Position numbers and translations under genes: made by a program | Notes under the pieces: model-generated | Database searches by the model: none | Seen by the model: the letters and a program-made list of their open reading frames with translations, nothing else | What the model was told of the DNA's origin: nothing | In this document: piece after piece, positions 52,368-64,000 of the stretch | Numbering within the stretch: the stretch's first letter is position 1 | How the letters are laid out: each line of letters begins with the position of its first letter | Assembly: GCA_032718475.1 (NCBI GenBank) | Contig: JAUCBJ010002196.1 | Coordinates: 18,299-82,298 of the forward strand | Origin: Nemertoderma westbladi | Taxonomy: Eukaryota; Animalia; Xenacoelomorpha | Length of the DNA: 64,000 nt | Direction: 5' to 3'

Positions 52368-53753
52368 TTAATATGTTTTACATAACCAATTATGCAGTGG
52401 TATGGAAGTAAACCCACTAATTGTTATGCCAGTGGAGTCTGACAAGGATGTTATCCCCATCGCGAATTCTTTAACAGAACTCTCAACCTCATTGCTAATG
52501 CGGTAGAAAGTGTTGACGTAAGCGAACCCTCCAAGGAGACCTTCGTAGAATATCACTGCAAATAAAATCCAAATGCTGGGGATAAAACGGTACATTGCGT
52601 TGAAGAGTAAGAGTACGAGGTTGACGACTTGGAGCACCGCGAAGATCCAAGTTCCCCGAATGTGGAATAAACCGATAGATGAACGAGAGACAAAGACCCC
52701 GATGCTGTAGATAACCTGATACCAACGGTACTGCGCCGAGATGGTGAGAAAGATTCCAGAGAAGTAGATGAGTTCTGTAAGTCCCTGGTTGATACTGTAC
52801 TCAGCGTAATATACAATCATTAGCGGTATAAATAACTTGAACATAGATCGAGTTACTCTGAGTTTGTCTTTTACTGATAAATCTACAGAAACGATTTTTC
52901 TCGTACGCGATGTAATGGACAGGGTTTCTTGTATGGAGCCAGGGCTGACCATATCGGCCGCGGGTGTCTTAAGCAGAACAAAATAGGAAACAGCGTGAAT
53001 AGCTGGGAAAACTATGTTAACCAGGATGGTTGTCTCTAGACTCAAGCCAATATCTCGGAGACCCGCGTACACCAAGGACCCCGCGAGACCGGCCATCCCG
53101 GTGCCGCTAGACCACGCCCCGACGACACCTTTATCGTAGAAGGAAGTCAATGACAGATAGGTTAGTTCACCCACACCAGACACAACGCTGGCCAGAGCTA
53201 CCCCTAAAACTGCTAACCATAAGCCAATTCCAGTGCTCATGGCAACCACAATGTAGCAAGCTGTAGATACAACTACAAATATACTAACAAGAACTCTGTA
53301 ACGAATTCTATAGATGAATGTTGGAGCGATATATTTCATGATGAGTCCCGGGAGAATGTCTGCCAAGAGAATAACCCCCGCAGACATCGGGTTGCATTCG
53401 AGTTTGCCGAAGGTTCTCAGGTTTCCTTCAGTCGTCGTGGCGTTGTGTTCCATGGTGCTGTTATTTATAATAACTTGGGGTACAGTGGGCGACAGAATGT
53501 CGTGAGCTGCAGACAGCATTATGTGATACGGGTAATGGTTACACAATCCAATCAACCAGAAAGCCACCAGATTACGTCTATACGCGGTTTTTGCTCTGGA
53601 AGCACTGGCTGACTGTATAGCCATAAGTAACGGGTCGTCAGACAATAAATCGTCGTCTACCGTGTCGGCATCACCATCAGATGATGTCGAACCGTCGAGC
53701 TCAGACTTCGAAGTCTTCGAATTAATTGTACCGCGACCAGAAAATGATGACAT
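52368..53753 (-). CDS. CLN3: Battenin / CLN3 family lysosomal membrane transporter, single exon, ~461 aa
   Basis: Family motifs AFWLIGLCN…MLSAAHDIL, ILLADILP, SGVGE, AWSSGTGMAG, VYYAEYSINQG, YEGLLGG-AYVNTF and EFAMG. C-terminal CKTY is CaaX-like. First ATG is at 53753; the ORF track starts at an upstream TTG. Confidence 0.95.
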   Translation of the reverse strand: MSSFSGRGTINSKTSKSELDGSTSSDGDADTVDDDLLSDDPLLMAIQSASASRAKTAYRRNLVAFWLIGLCNHYPYHIMLSAAHDILSPTVPQVIINNSTMEHNATTTEGNLRTFGKLECNPMSAGVILLADILPGLIMKYIAPTFIYRIRYRVLVSIFVVVSTACYIVVAMSTGIGLWLAVLGVALASVVSGVGELTYLSLTSFYDKGVVGAWSSGTGMAGLAGSLVYAGLRDIGLSLETTILVNIVFPAIHAVSYFVLLKTPAADMVSPGSIQETLSITSRTRKIVSVDLSVKDKLRVTRSMFKLFIPLMIVYYAEYSINQGLTELIYFSGIFLTISAQYRWYQVIYSIGVFVSRSSIGLFHIRGTWIFAVLQVVNLVLLLFNAMYRFIPSIWILFAVIFYEGLLGGFAYVNTFYRISNEVESSVKEFAMGITSLSDSTGITISGFTSIPLHNWLCKTY

Positions 53754-54079
53754 TTTTAAAGAAAACAAATTAATAAACTACGCATATTATATGGTACAAA
53801 CTAATGAGGAGTCATTTATCCAAAAGTAATATCACAAAGATATTCAGTTTCTACTAAATATATTAATTATTACTAATTATTATAAGAGAAAGGAGCAGGT
53901 TACAGTGGCACATTATTCTAACCAAAACAATAAACGAAATTAAATAAAACAGGTTACCATTACATTTTTATGATAATTATGATATTTCAATGGAGGAATA
54001 TAATATTTTAAGTGAGAAAAATTCAGTGAGAAAATCATCAAATTTAGTGGAAAGAGCAATTATTGTTTCAGTGTGGTGT

Positions 54080-54430
54080 TTAAACGGGATCCCGGTCCCG
54101 ATCTCGACTTTTTTTGGACCGCGATCCTGAAGAATATATAGTTAAGTAAATTTGTTGAATAAATAGTTCCAGCAGAACGGAAATGTTTCGATTATATCGA
54201 ATTGTTTATGTCAGTAAACCATCCAGTAATCAATTGCGAAATAATTTTAATAAAACTTTATCTTACTAATATTAATATTGCAGAAGTCTAAGATAAAGTG
54301 AGTGTTACCCAAAACCCGCCACATATACAATTAACTTAAGAGGAATTTGATCGAATATTGCAATCCCGATCCCGAGAGTGATAATCCCGGTCCCGATCGC
54401 GGAAATCCCGAGAGGTTGGATCCCGTTTAA
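54080..54430. mobile_element. Putative small MITE
   Basis: Perfect 13-bp inverted repeat TTAAACGGGATCC (54080-54092) / GGATCCCGTTTAA (54418-54430), with clustered subterminal ATCCCG motifs. Confidence 0.5.
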
Positions 54431-54703
54431 TTGAATGATCCCGTCTATTTCAGGGACAGATAAAATTAATGCGAAAACTATTAAATTGTTAACATCTACA
54501 AACAAAATATGGATGAAATTATTTTATTCTTTAACTGCTTAACAATTATAACTTTAAACTGTAAAGTTAAACTGAAACCTTACTATACTTTATCTAAGGT
54601 TTTGTGGAGATTGTTTACCATACAATTGTTGATGTATTACTACAGATTTAGTCACTATATTCCAGAACAAGCTTTTGTATATCAATATAAATAAACTGAT
54701 TAA

Positions 54704-55834
54704 GGGGAGATGGTACCCCAGGCTATCCCCATACATTTTACTATTGACACATATGTAAACATTACGCTCGTTCTACAAGATGGAATTTCATGAAAATATA
54801 CAAAAGGGCGGAGTAACTATCGAGACACACCTGGAACCTAAAAAAATTTGAAATTTTTTTTGTGTCTATGTTCGAGGGTCACTTAATTGCACCTAAAACC
54901 AAAAAGGAAACATTTTCGAAGGTTATATTAGAATTACATTTGAAAATTGTTTCAAACATGTGTTTTTAGAGGTTCCACAATTGTGTCTCACTACTAAAAA
55001 CCTGCTGCGAAAATTTTAGCCAATTCCATCAAGCCGTTCTCGAGAAAAAGGTACATTTATTTCTAAATTTCAAGAAATTTAAATTCTTTGATTCTTTGAT
55101 TGATTCTTTATTTAGAAATATTAATATAATATTTCTAAATTTCACGAAAAATAAGATGCTGAGAAAAACGCATTTTAAGTTTTCAAACATTCCCGCTAAT
55201 TTTATGTAAAACGCGGAAAATTTCAAAAATAAGCCAAAATATAATTAAACTACTCGACAGCGAACCAAAATTTACGATTTAGGGGTTTTCGTAGTCGCTG
55301 AATTCATTTCTGATATCTGTTTTATTGTTTGATGACATCTGGACTGTCTGTTTGTCTGTCTGACTGTCAATCTCACAGACAACAAAACTTTTTACTTAAT
55401 TTGTGATATGGGGGTTTTCCTAGTCGCTGAATTCATTTTCCATGTCATTTTTAATAATTTAATGAACCTAGACTGTCTGTTTAAGTCTGTCTGTATGTCT
55501 TTCTTGACAGACAGATCGACTGGCAGACAAATATGAAAAAGTCTCCAAAAAAATCTCCAAGCAGGAAAGATAACACCAGAAATGAAATCACCGACCTTTA
55601 AAACCCCCACAGTGAAAATTTTAGTTACATAGTGTGATTCGTTATGTTTATTGTTTATCGTTATTGTTTTATGTTACAGAAAAACAAACCAATAGACAGA
55701 TAAACAGAAAAACAGACAACTTAAGCTTATGATGTAATGTTAGGATTTCGATTTCTGAAATCTACGTTAAATTCTGATTTAGAATTAATAACAAATTTTT
55801 CAATTTCTGAAAAGTTCTGGGGTACCATCTCCCC
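54704..55834. mobile_element. Non-autonomous DNA transposon (MITE), Kolobok-like
   Basis: Perfect 18-bp TIRs GGGGAGATGGTACCCCAG / CTGGGGTACCATCTCCCC, flanked by TTAA on both sides (54700-54703 and 55835-55838). No transposase ORF. Confidence 0.9.
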
Positions 55835-56570
55835 TTAAGAATGTATGAAGATTGTTAATTATTAATTAATATGATTTACATAATTACATTTAATTTACAT
55901 AACAAGAACCCGGAAGAACACACCCAATTGCAATATGGATGGACAGGAGCGGATGGACGACAGGAGCTTACGAGATTATAGGAACAAAGGTTACAACCGT
56001 GAGAAGTTGGCTATAATTCACCCGCTAACAAACTACTGATAATATATTTATAATAAATGGTCTCACATTGGATCCATAATCCATATCACATTGTTTCCAA
56101 AAAAAAACGCGAATCATTTAAATCTGAAAATATGAGACCATTCAGTTAGATTCTGTGAAAAATAATAGTTATTAAAATATATTTTTTGCGATAATACCTC
56201 ATAATATATTAATGATAATTTATCTTTAATTTCAGAAGTGAAATACATCAATTTACAGTCAATAAAAGCATCATGCAGCAATAAACCTACGATTATACGA
56301 TTTAACACAATAAAAGTACCGCTAAATTCCCAATACCATACCATACCATACCATAATAAGACATACACCATACCAACAAATACAAATTAATAGCAATTCA
56401 AACAAAAACCAAAAATAACTTAATGAAATCACCGTATACAAATGTATAAAATGGCCACTACAAGATTACTTTAATAAACCATCGTTGTCTTTATATCATA
56501 AAACATTAACGACTATACGTTTAAAACATGACTTTACGACCTGTGAAAGAATCTAAGACAATAACACCCA

Positions 56571-57166
56571 AACCTAGAGTGAGGTATTCCGTAGAAAGCT
56601 AACCTAGAGTGAGGGATTCCGCAGAAAGCTAACCTAGAGTGAGGGATTCCACAGAAAGCTAACCTTGAGTGAGGTATTCCGTAGAAAGCTAACCTAGAGT
56701 GAGGTATTCCGTAGAAAGCTAACCTAGAGTGAGGGATTCCACAGAAAGCTAACCTTGAGTGAGGTATTCCGTAGAAAGCTAACCTAGAGTGAGGGATTCC
56801 GCAGAAAGCTAACCTTGAGTGAGGGATTCCGCAGAAAGCTAACCTAGAGTGAGGGATTCCGCAGAAAGCTAACCTAGAGTGAGGGATTCCGTAGAAAGCT
56901 AACTTAGAGTGAGGGATTCCGTAGAAAGCTAACCTAGAGTGAGGGATTCCGCAGAAAGCTAACCTTGAGTGAGGGATTCCGCAGAAAGCTAACCTAGAGT
57001 GAGGGATTCCGTAGAAAGCTAACCTAGAGTGAGGGATTCCGCAGAAAGCTAACCTAGAGTGAGGGATTCCGTAGAAAGCTAACCTAGAGTGAGGGATTCC
57101 GTAGAAAGCTAACCTAGAGTGAGGGATTCCGCAGAAAGCTAACCTTGAGTGAGGTATTCCGTAGAA
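56571..57166. repeat. 30-bp satellite, block 1 (~20 copies)
   Basis: Unit AACCTAGAGTGAGG(G/T)ATTCC(G/A)(C/T)AGAAAGCT. Confidence 0.98.
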
Positions 57167-57614
57167 TACCTCTTATTATTATTAATATAAATTTACACCA
57201 TAACTTAGAACTGAACAAAGACAGCATAGACAATTTAACTATAGTATTATATGGTGATGGGGTTTCCCCCATAAAAGATACATTACATACATTTCATACA
57301 TTACTTAGTTTAAAATATGAGTTAATAATTATTTAAGGTACATTAAAATACATCGAGTTAAAATTATTACTGTATGTAATTGGTCTCAAAAAGGCCGTGC
57401 TAATTATGAGATTAAACGAAGAAGTTAAAAGGGTCAGAAGACTGGATGTTATATGAAATTAGATAGAAATATTTGTATTAAAATAAGATGAAATATATAT
57501 ATACGTATTAATAAAAGGGTCGGTCTCTGATGTCGTAAAAATGAGATAAAATATATGCGTATAAATTTAAAATGAGATGCAGTAAATACGTATTAAAAGG
57601 GTCAGAGTGGAGTC

Positions 57615-60095
57615 ACCTAGAGTGAGGGATTCCACGGAAAGCTAACCTAGAGTGAGGGATTCCACGGAAAGCTAACCTAGAGTGAGGGATTCCACGGAAA
57701 GCTAACCTAGAGTGAGGGATTCCGCAGAAAGCTAACCTAGAGTGAGGTATTCCACGGAAAGCTAACCTAGAGTGAGGGATTCCACAGAAAGCTAACTTAG
57801 AGTGAGGGATTCCACAGAAAGCTAACCTAGAGTGAGGGATTCCACGGAAAGCTAACCTAGAGGTATTCCACGGAAAGCTAACCTAGAGTGAGGGATTCCT
57901 CAGAAAGCTAACCTAGAGTGAGGTATTCCACGGAAAGCTAACCTAGAGAGGGATTCCATAGAAAGCTAACCTAGAGTGAGGGATTCCACAGAAAGCTAAC
58001 CTAGAGTGAGGGATTCCGCAGAAAGCTAACCTAGAGTGAGGGATTCCGCAGAAAGCTAACCTAGAGTGAGGTATTCCACGGAAAGCTAACCTAGAGTGAG
58101 GGATTCCGCAGAAAGCTAACCTAGAGTGAGGGATTCCACGGAAAGCTAACCTAGATGTATTCCACGGAAAGCTAACCTAGAGTGAGGGATTCCTCAGAAA
58201 GCTAACCTAGAGTGAGGGATTCCACAGAAAGCTAACCTAGAGTGAGGTATTCCACGGAAAGCTAACCTCGAGTGAGGTATTCCACGGAAAGCTAACCTAG
58301 AGTGAGGGATTCCGCAGAAAGCTAACCTAGAGTGAGGGATTCCGCAGAAAGCTAACCTAGAGTGAAGGATTCCACGGAAAGCTAACCTAGAGGTATTCCA
58401 CGGAAAGCTAACCTAGAGTGAGGGATTCCTCAGAAAGCTAACCTAGAGTGGGGTATTCCACGGAAAGCTAACCTAGAGTGAGGGATTCCGCAGAAAGCTA
58501 ACCTAGAGTGAGGGATTCCGCAGAAAGCTAACCTAGAGTGAGGGATTCCACGGAAAGCTAACCTAGAGGTATTCCACGGAAAGTTAATCTAGAGTGAGGG
58601 ATTCCTCAGAAAGCTAACCTAGAGTGACGTATTCCACGGAAAGCTAACCTAGAGTGAGGGATTCCGCAGAAAGCTAACCTAGAGTGAGGGATTCCACGGA
58701 AAGCTAACCTAGAGTGATGGATTCCTCAGAAAGCTAACCTAGAGTGAGGTATTCCACGAAAAGCTAACCTAGAGAGGGATTCCATAGAAAGCTAACCTAG
58801 AATGAGGGATTCCGCAGAAAGCTAACCTAGAGTGAGGTATTCCACGGAAAGCTAACCTAGAGTGAGGTATTCCACGGAAAGCTAACCTAGAGTGAGGTAT
58901 TCCACGGAAAGCTAACCTAGAGTGAGGTATTCCACGGAAAGCTAACCTAGAGTGAGGGATTCCGCAGAAAGCTAACCTAGAGTGAGGTATTCCGCAGAAA
59001 GCTAACCTAGAGTGAGGTATTCCACGGAAAGCTAACCTAGAGTGAGGTATTCCACGGAAAGCTAACCTAGAGTGAGGTATTCCACGGAAAGCTAACCTAG
59101 AGAGGGATTCCATAGAAAGCTAACCTAGAATGAGGGATTCCGCAGAAAGCTAACCTAGAGTGAGGTATTCCACGGAAAGCTAACCTAGAGTGAGGTATTC
59201 CACGGAAAGCTAACCTAGAGAGGGATTCCATAGAAAGCTAACCTAGAATGAGGGATTCCGCAGAAAGCTAACCTAGAGTGAGGTATTCCACGGAAAGCTA
59301 ACCTAGAGTGAGGTATTCCACGGAAAGCTAACCTAGAGTGAGGTATTCCACGGAAAGCTAACCTAGAGTGAGGTATTCCACGGAAAGCTAACCTAGAGTG
59401 AGGGATTCCGCAGAAAGCTAACCTAGAGTGAGGTATTCCGCAGAAAGCTAACCTAGAGTGAGGGATTCCGTAGAAAGCTAACCTAGAGTGAGGGATTCCG
59501 TAGAAAGCTAACCTAGAGTGAGGGATTCCGTAGAAAGCTAACCTAGAGTGAGGGATTCCGTAGAAAGCTAACCTAGAGTGAGGGATTCCGCAGAAAGCTA
59601 ACCTAGAGTGAGGTATTCCGCAGAAAGCTAACCTAGAGTGAGGTATTCCGTAGAAAGCTAACCTAGAGTGAGGGATTCCGCAGAAAGCTAACCTAGAGTG
59701 AGGGATTCCGCAGAAAGCTAACCTAGAGTGAGGGATTCCGCAGAAAGCTAACCTAGAGTGAGGGATTCCGCAGAAAGCTAACCTAGAGTGAGGTATTCCG
59801 CAGAAAGCTAACCTAGAGAGGGATTCCATAGAAAGCTAACCTAGAATGAGGGATTCCGCAGAAAGCTAACCTAGAGTGAGGGATTCCGCAGAAAGCTAAC
59901 CTAGAGTGAGGGATTCCGCAGAAAGCTAACCTAGAGTGAGGTATTCCGCAGAAAGCTAACCTAGAGAGGGATTCCATAGAAAGCTAACCTAGAATGAGGG
60001 ATTCCGCAGAAAGCTAACCTAGAGTGAGGGATTCCGCAGAAAGCTAACCTAGAGTGAGGTATTCCGCAGAAAGCTAACCTAGAATGAGGTATTCC
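57615..60095. repeat. 30-bp satellite, block 2 (~83 copies)
   Basis: Same unit, with 26- and 28-bp deletion variants. Confidence 0.98.
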
Positions 60096-60286
60096 CAATA
60101 TGGAATAAAGTACACCAACAATATATAAATAGACAAATAAAAACGAATACACCCAAAAATAAGCTGAGGGATATTATTCTCCTGACAATGAATTGAAATT
60201 TTTACAATATTTACTAAACATATAGCGGCTACTGCACAATAAACAACCAGGGGATACAATATTGAATACGGTTGTGAGGAGGGGAT

Positions 60287-60312
60287 GGGGGGGGGGGGGG
60301 GGGGGGGGGGGG
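60287..60312 (+). repeat. Poly-G run
   Basis: About 26 consecutive G. Confidence 0.95.
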
Positions 60313-60443
60313 TTAAATCGTAGATTATGTACCCAATGGCCCTAAATCAACAAATAGAATAGCAAAATAAAGTTTACAGTAAGAAAACAAATAGTGTAAA
60401 GAATCTGTGGCCTTTTCCAACAAATTGGGAACCAATTACAGTA

Positions 60444-60581
60444 TTTAGGGCTCAACTTAGAACGGCTACATCTCCAATTAGTGAGACATTTAGGGCTCAA
60501 CTTAGAACGGCTACATCTCCAATTAGTGAGACATTTAGAGCTCAACTTAGAACGGCTACATCTCCAATTAGTGAGACATTT
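60444..60581. repeat. 45-bp tandem repeat, 3 copies
   Basis: Unit TTTAGGGCTCAACTTAGAACGGCTACATCTCCAATTAGTGAGACA. Confidence 0.95.
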
Positions 60582-61060
60582 TCCAAGAGTATCAGAAACC
60601 TGAAACCTTTAATGTTTTGGCATCTGACAGATCGGCCTTCCATAGCAGCTGTGCTTTTTATCTTTTAGATGATAACTGGAGATTTTCATGGGGATTATTA
60701 TGTGTATGAGAGATTCTAGTAGATTTTAACCTTTTTTTAACAAATTGTTCTTTAACAGCAAAAAGTTGATTGAAGTAGAGAAAATTACCATCATATTTTT
60801 GAGAGTAGCACATTAGCTACATAGAGAAGCACATTAGCTACATTAGCTACATAGCGTAATGACAATCGCTTTTATAAAGCACTCGCTTCGCTCATAGAAA
60901 TACTATATTGGGGGGTCAGAGACTCAGAGGGCTAAAAGTGACACTATATTTACAAAATTACGTTGATAGGCCTAGTTATATGACGAGTCTGGGCTGGGTA
61001 CATAAAAGCATACATTTATTTACCGGTAACGCAAATATACTAAACAATATCCGCTGTCAA

Positions 61061-62216
61061 TCACTCATCCAAAGTTTCTAGAATCGCGTTAAAACTAAAG
61101 GGAGTGAAGGCGGATCCGGTGCCCACGTAGAACTTGGACTGGAACTCGACCCAGTGGAGACGGAGGGTGTGGAGGAAGGCCGAGAGGCCCTCCATAACGA
61201 GGAGGATGATGACGGTGGCTATGGCCCAGCCGACGAACACGAAGAACGTGAGAACCGCGCCGAGGTAGGTTGAGGAGGCGATCCCTATGCGGAGGACCAT
61301 GTCCCACAGGACTTCGGAGAGCTCGGCGTGAGCGAGACTCAAAGCCCAGAGTCGGAGGTAGGACGCCGTGTGCGAGATGCAGGACAAGCAGTACTCGATG
61401 GTGTGGATAGTGGAGTGGATCATCGTCTCCCCGATATCGAAGGATTCCTCCGCCTCCTCGGAGCACTCCTCTCGGAACTCCTCCGGCCCGGAGGAAGCCA
61501 CTCCCAACTCGTCCTCGTCCACGATGTTGACGCGCTCCTCCGAGCTGTGGATGACAGCTCGAACGTTCCTGGCCGTGACTCCGTCCCCGAGCTTGTGGAG
61601 GTTCTTGTTGCGCATCCAGAGGATGGCCGGCTTCATCAGCAGCATCCAGGGGACACAGAGCACCGCCACAATCAGCAGCAAGGTCTCCACGCCCTGCTGA
61701 CCCGGGTACAACGGGAGAATGTGGGACTTCAGAAGGAACATGTCGATGAGGGTGATGAGGAGGCTGGGAGCTACAGACGAGGTGGTTGAGTCGAAGGCCA
61801 GCCACTTAATAAAGATCATAACGACAAGGTACCCCATGATAGCGACGAGAAAGACAAGCTGTGGGATGAACTCACCGAACACGTTGAGGGGTTTCTTGAA
61901 GTAAGAGTGGTTGAGGAAACTGAGGATCACTCCGAAGATCATCTGGGCGACGCCGAGGATGATCGACAACTTCATCTTGTAGGAGTTGAGGAAAACGATC
62001 TGGTTCTTGGAAATGTTCCAGATGGGATCGATGCCAATTGGGTAAGGAGACCCGGTTTGGAATGTGACCGCCGGGTTCAGTTGGATAGTGGATGTGGTTC
62101 GCAGTGTCTCCATGGTCACGTTCATCTTCTCGCGGGTTTCTGCGAGACTCCAGGAGGAGCCGAAGATGTTTAACGATTTGGAGAAGCAATCGTTGTAGAG
62201 GAGGCCAGTGTAGACG
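61061..62216 (-). CDS. ATP6V0A: V-type H+-ATPase V0 subunit a (116-kDa/Vph1 family), terminal coding exon; upstream exons not found in the window
   Basis: VYTGLLYNDCFSKSLNIFGS, YPIGIDPIW, FLNSYKMKLSIILG, SHTASYLRLWALSLAH (essential Arg) and MEGLSAFLHTLRLHWVEFQSKFY. Acceptor …ATACATTACAG| at 62217-62218 (phase 2), where homology and GC content drop. Confidence 0.95.
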
Positions 62217-62954
62217 CTGTAATGTATAAAGGTATCAATAAACCCATCAACACATAAAGTAAAAATACATTTTCTTCGGTCGTGGCCAGGGATTACGCAC
62301 AAAGTCTGACGACTTATTTACTGTGCCCAAATTCGAACACTCAAGTTAGTTACAATTAATTTGTGGGACGAGCTACGAAGCGAGACAGCCTTTAGCATAT
62401 GGGTACCATTAACGAGTTGTCTGTCGTGGTCGTCCGTCGTGAATTTTTGAGCGCTAATAACTCGGTTCTTACATTGATCAAATTAAACCAACCTTGGTAC
62501 TGGTACGTACGTATGTAGTCCGTCAAAGGTTTAGAAAGAATCTGAAGGTTGGTCAAATACGAACGAACGCAACGAGGTTTGCAGTGGATACGAGTATCCA
62601 TCTGCCATAAATCAGCTGTTACTCGCCCATGTTGCGAGACTTTGCATGGTTATAAAGGTCGTCAGTCTGCGTTTGGGAAATTTGAGTTTGACAACGTTTG
62701 ACAAAACAGGACGAGTGCAACGAAGTTAATGAAGGAGGAGAAGATTATTGTAAAAATAAAAATGTCATGCTTAACTTAAATAGCCATAGTTAGTAGTTTT
62801 ACAAATGACAGTTAAAGTGTAAAAGGGAGAACTGAAATGGATCTCTGTTTTTTACAACCAGTTTAACGCAAACTGAAAGCATCACTCAATATATTTTTGG
62901 AAAGACAGTTTTCAAATATCTAATAAAGACTGGTATACTTTCTTATATAGCCGG

Positions 62955-64000
62955 TTACCTAAACAACCCCATAAGGAGGACTTACTTACCTAAACAGCCC
63001 CATAAGGAGGACTTACTTACCTAAACAGCCCCATAAGGAGGACTTACTTACCTAAACAGCCCCATAAGGAGGACTTACTTACCTAAACAGCCCCATAAGG
63101 TGGATTTTCTTACCTAAACAGCCCCATAAGGTGGACTTACTTACCTAAACAGCCTCATAAGGAGGACTTACTTACCTAAACAGCCTCATAAGGAGGACTT
63201 ACTTACCTAAACAGCCCCATAAGGTGGACTTACTTACCTAAACAGCCCCATAAGGTGGACTTACTTACCTAAACAGCCCCATAAGGTGGACTTACTTACC
63301 TAAACAGCCCCATAAGGAGGACTTACTTACCTAAACAGCCCCATAAGGTGGACTTACTTACCTAAACAGCCCCATAAGGTGGACTTTCTTACCTAAACAG
63401 CCCCATAAGGTGGACTTTCTTACCTAAACAGCCCCATAAGGAGGACTTACTTACCTAAACAGCCCCATAAGGTGGACTTTCTTACCTAAACAGCCCCATA
63501 AGGTGGACTTACTTACCTAAACAGCCTCATAAGGAGGACTTACTTACCTAAACAGCCTCATAAGGAGGACTTACTTACCTAAACAGCCCCATAAGGAGGA
63601 CTTACTTACCTAAACAGCCCCATAAGGTGGACTTACTTACCTAAACAGCCCCATAAGGTGGACTTACTTACCTAAACAGCCCCATAAGGTGGACTTACTT
63701 ACCTAAACAGCCCCATAAGGTGGACTTACTTACCTAAACAGCCCCATAAGGTGGACTTACTTACCTAAACAGCCCATAAGGAGGACTTACTTACCTAAAC
63801 AGCCCCATAAGGTGGACTTACTTACCTAAACAGCCCCATAAGGTGGACTTACTTACCTAAACAGCCCCATAAGGAGGACTTACTTACCTAAACAGCCCCA
63901 TAAGGAGGACTTACTTACCTAAACAGCCCCATAAGGAGGACTTACTTACCTAAACAGCCCCATAAGGAGGACTTACTTACCTAAACAGCCCCATAAGGTG
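62955..64000. repeat. 31-bp satellite, probably intronic; runs off the window end
   Basis: Unit TTACCTAAACAGCCCCATAAGG(A/T)GGACTTAC. Confidence 0.98.

Noticed and set aside
58769-60152. (SRLAFCGIPH)n repeat proteins
   Set aside because: These come from the stop-free frame of the 30-bp satellite, with no unique coding context.
61095-62189. Overlapping alternative-frame and antisense ORFs in the V-ATPase exon
   Set aside because: They are shadow ORFs caused by high GC3.
62217-62302. N-terminal extension of the V-ATPase ORF (MCVIPGHDRR…)
   Set aside because: It is AT-rich, non-homologous sequence upstream of an AG acceptor, so it is intron read-through.

Overview
Eukaryotic, most likely invertebrate animal DNA. 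About 75% is tandem repeat: a 23-bp satellite (1-24184), a 60/64-bp satellite (32356-52307), and shorter 31-, 42-, ~221-, 61-, 30-, 45- and 31-bp arrays. There are two host genes, both on the minus strand: an intronless CLN3/battenin, and the last exon of a V-ATPase V0 subunit a gene. Mobile DNA includes a 5'-truncated, disrupted RTE-type LINE with a target-site duplication, L2 and RTE remnants, and a TTAA/Kolobok-type MITE. The standout is a ~2.1-kb insertion (20679-22781) inside the 23-bp satellite, bounded by an apparent target-site duplication. It holds ~3.8 seemingly identical, circularly permuted 412-bp units. Each unit has a tRNA-derived Pol III promoter running directly into a minimal type I hammerhead ribozyme, within a strongly self-complementary sequence. 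The units are fused to the 3' end of an RTE-X-like LINE. I infer a retrozyme-like circular RNA copied by rolling-circle reverse transcription after a LINE template switch. Nearly all ORFs in the supplied track are satellite artefacts. All calls were made by eye, with no searches or folding programs run.
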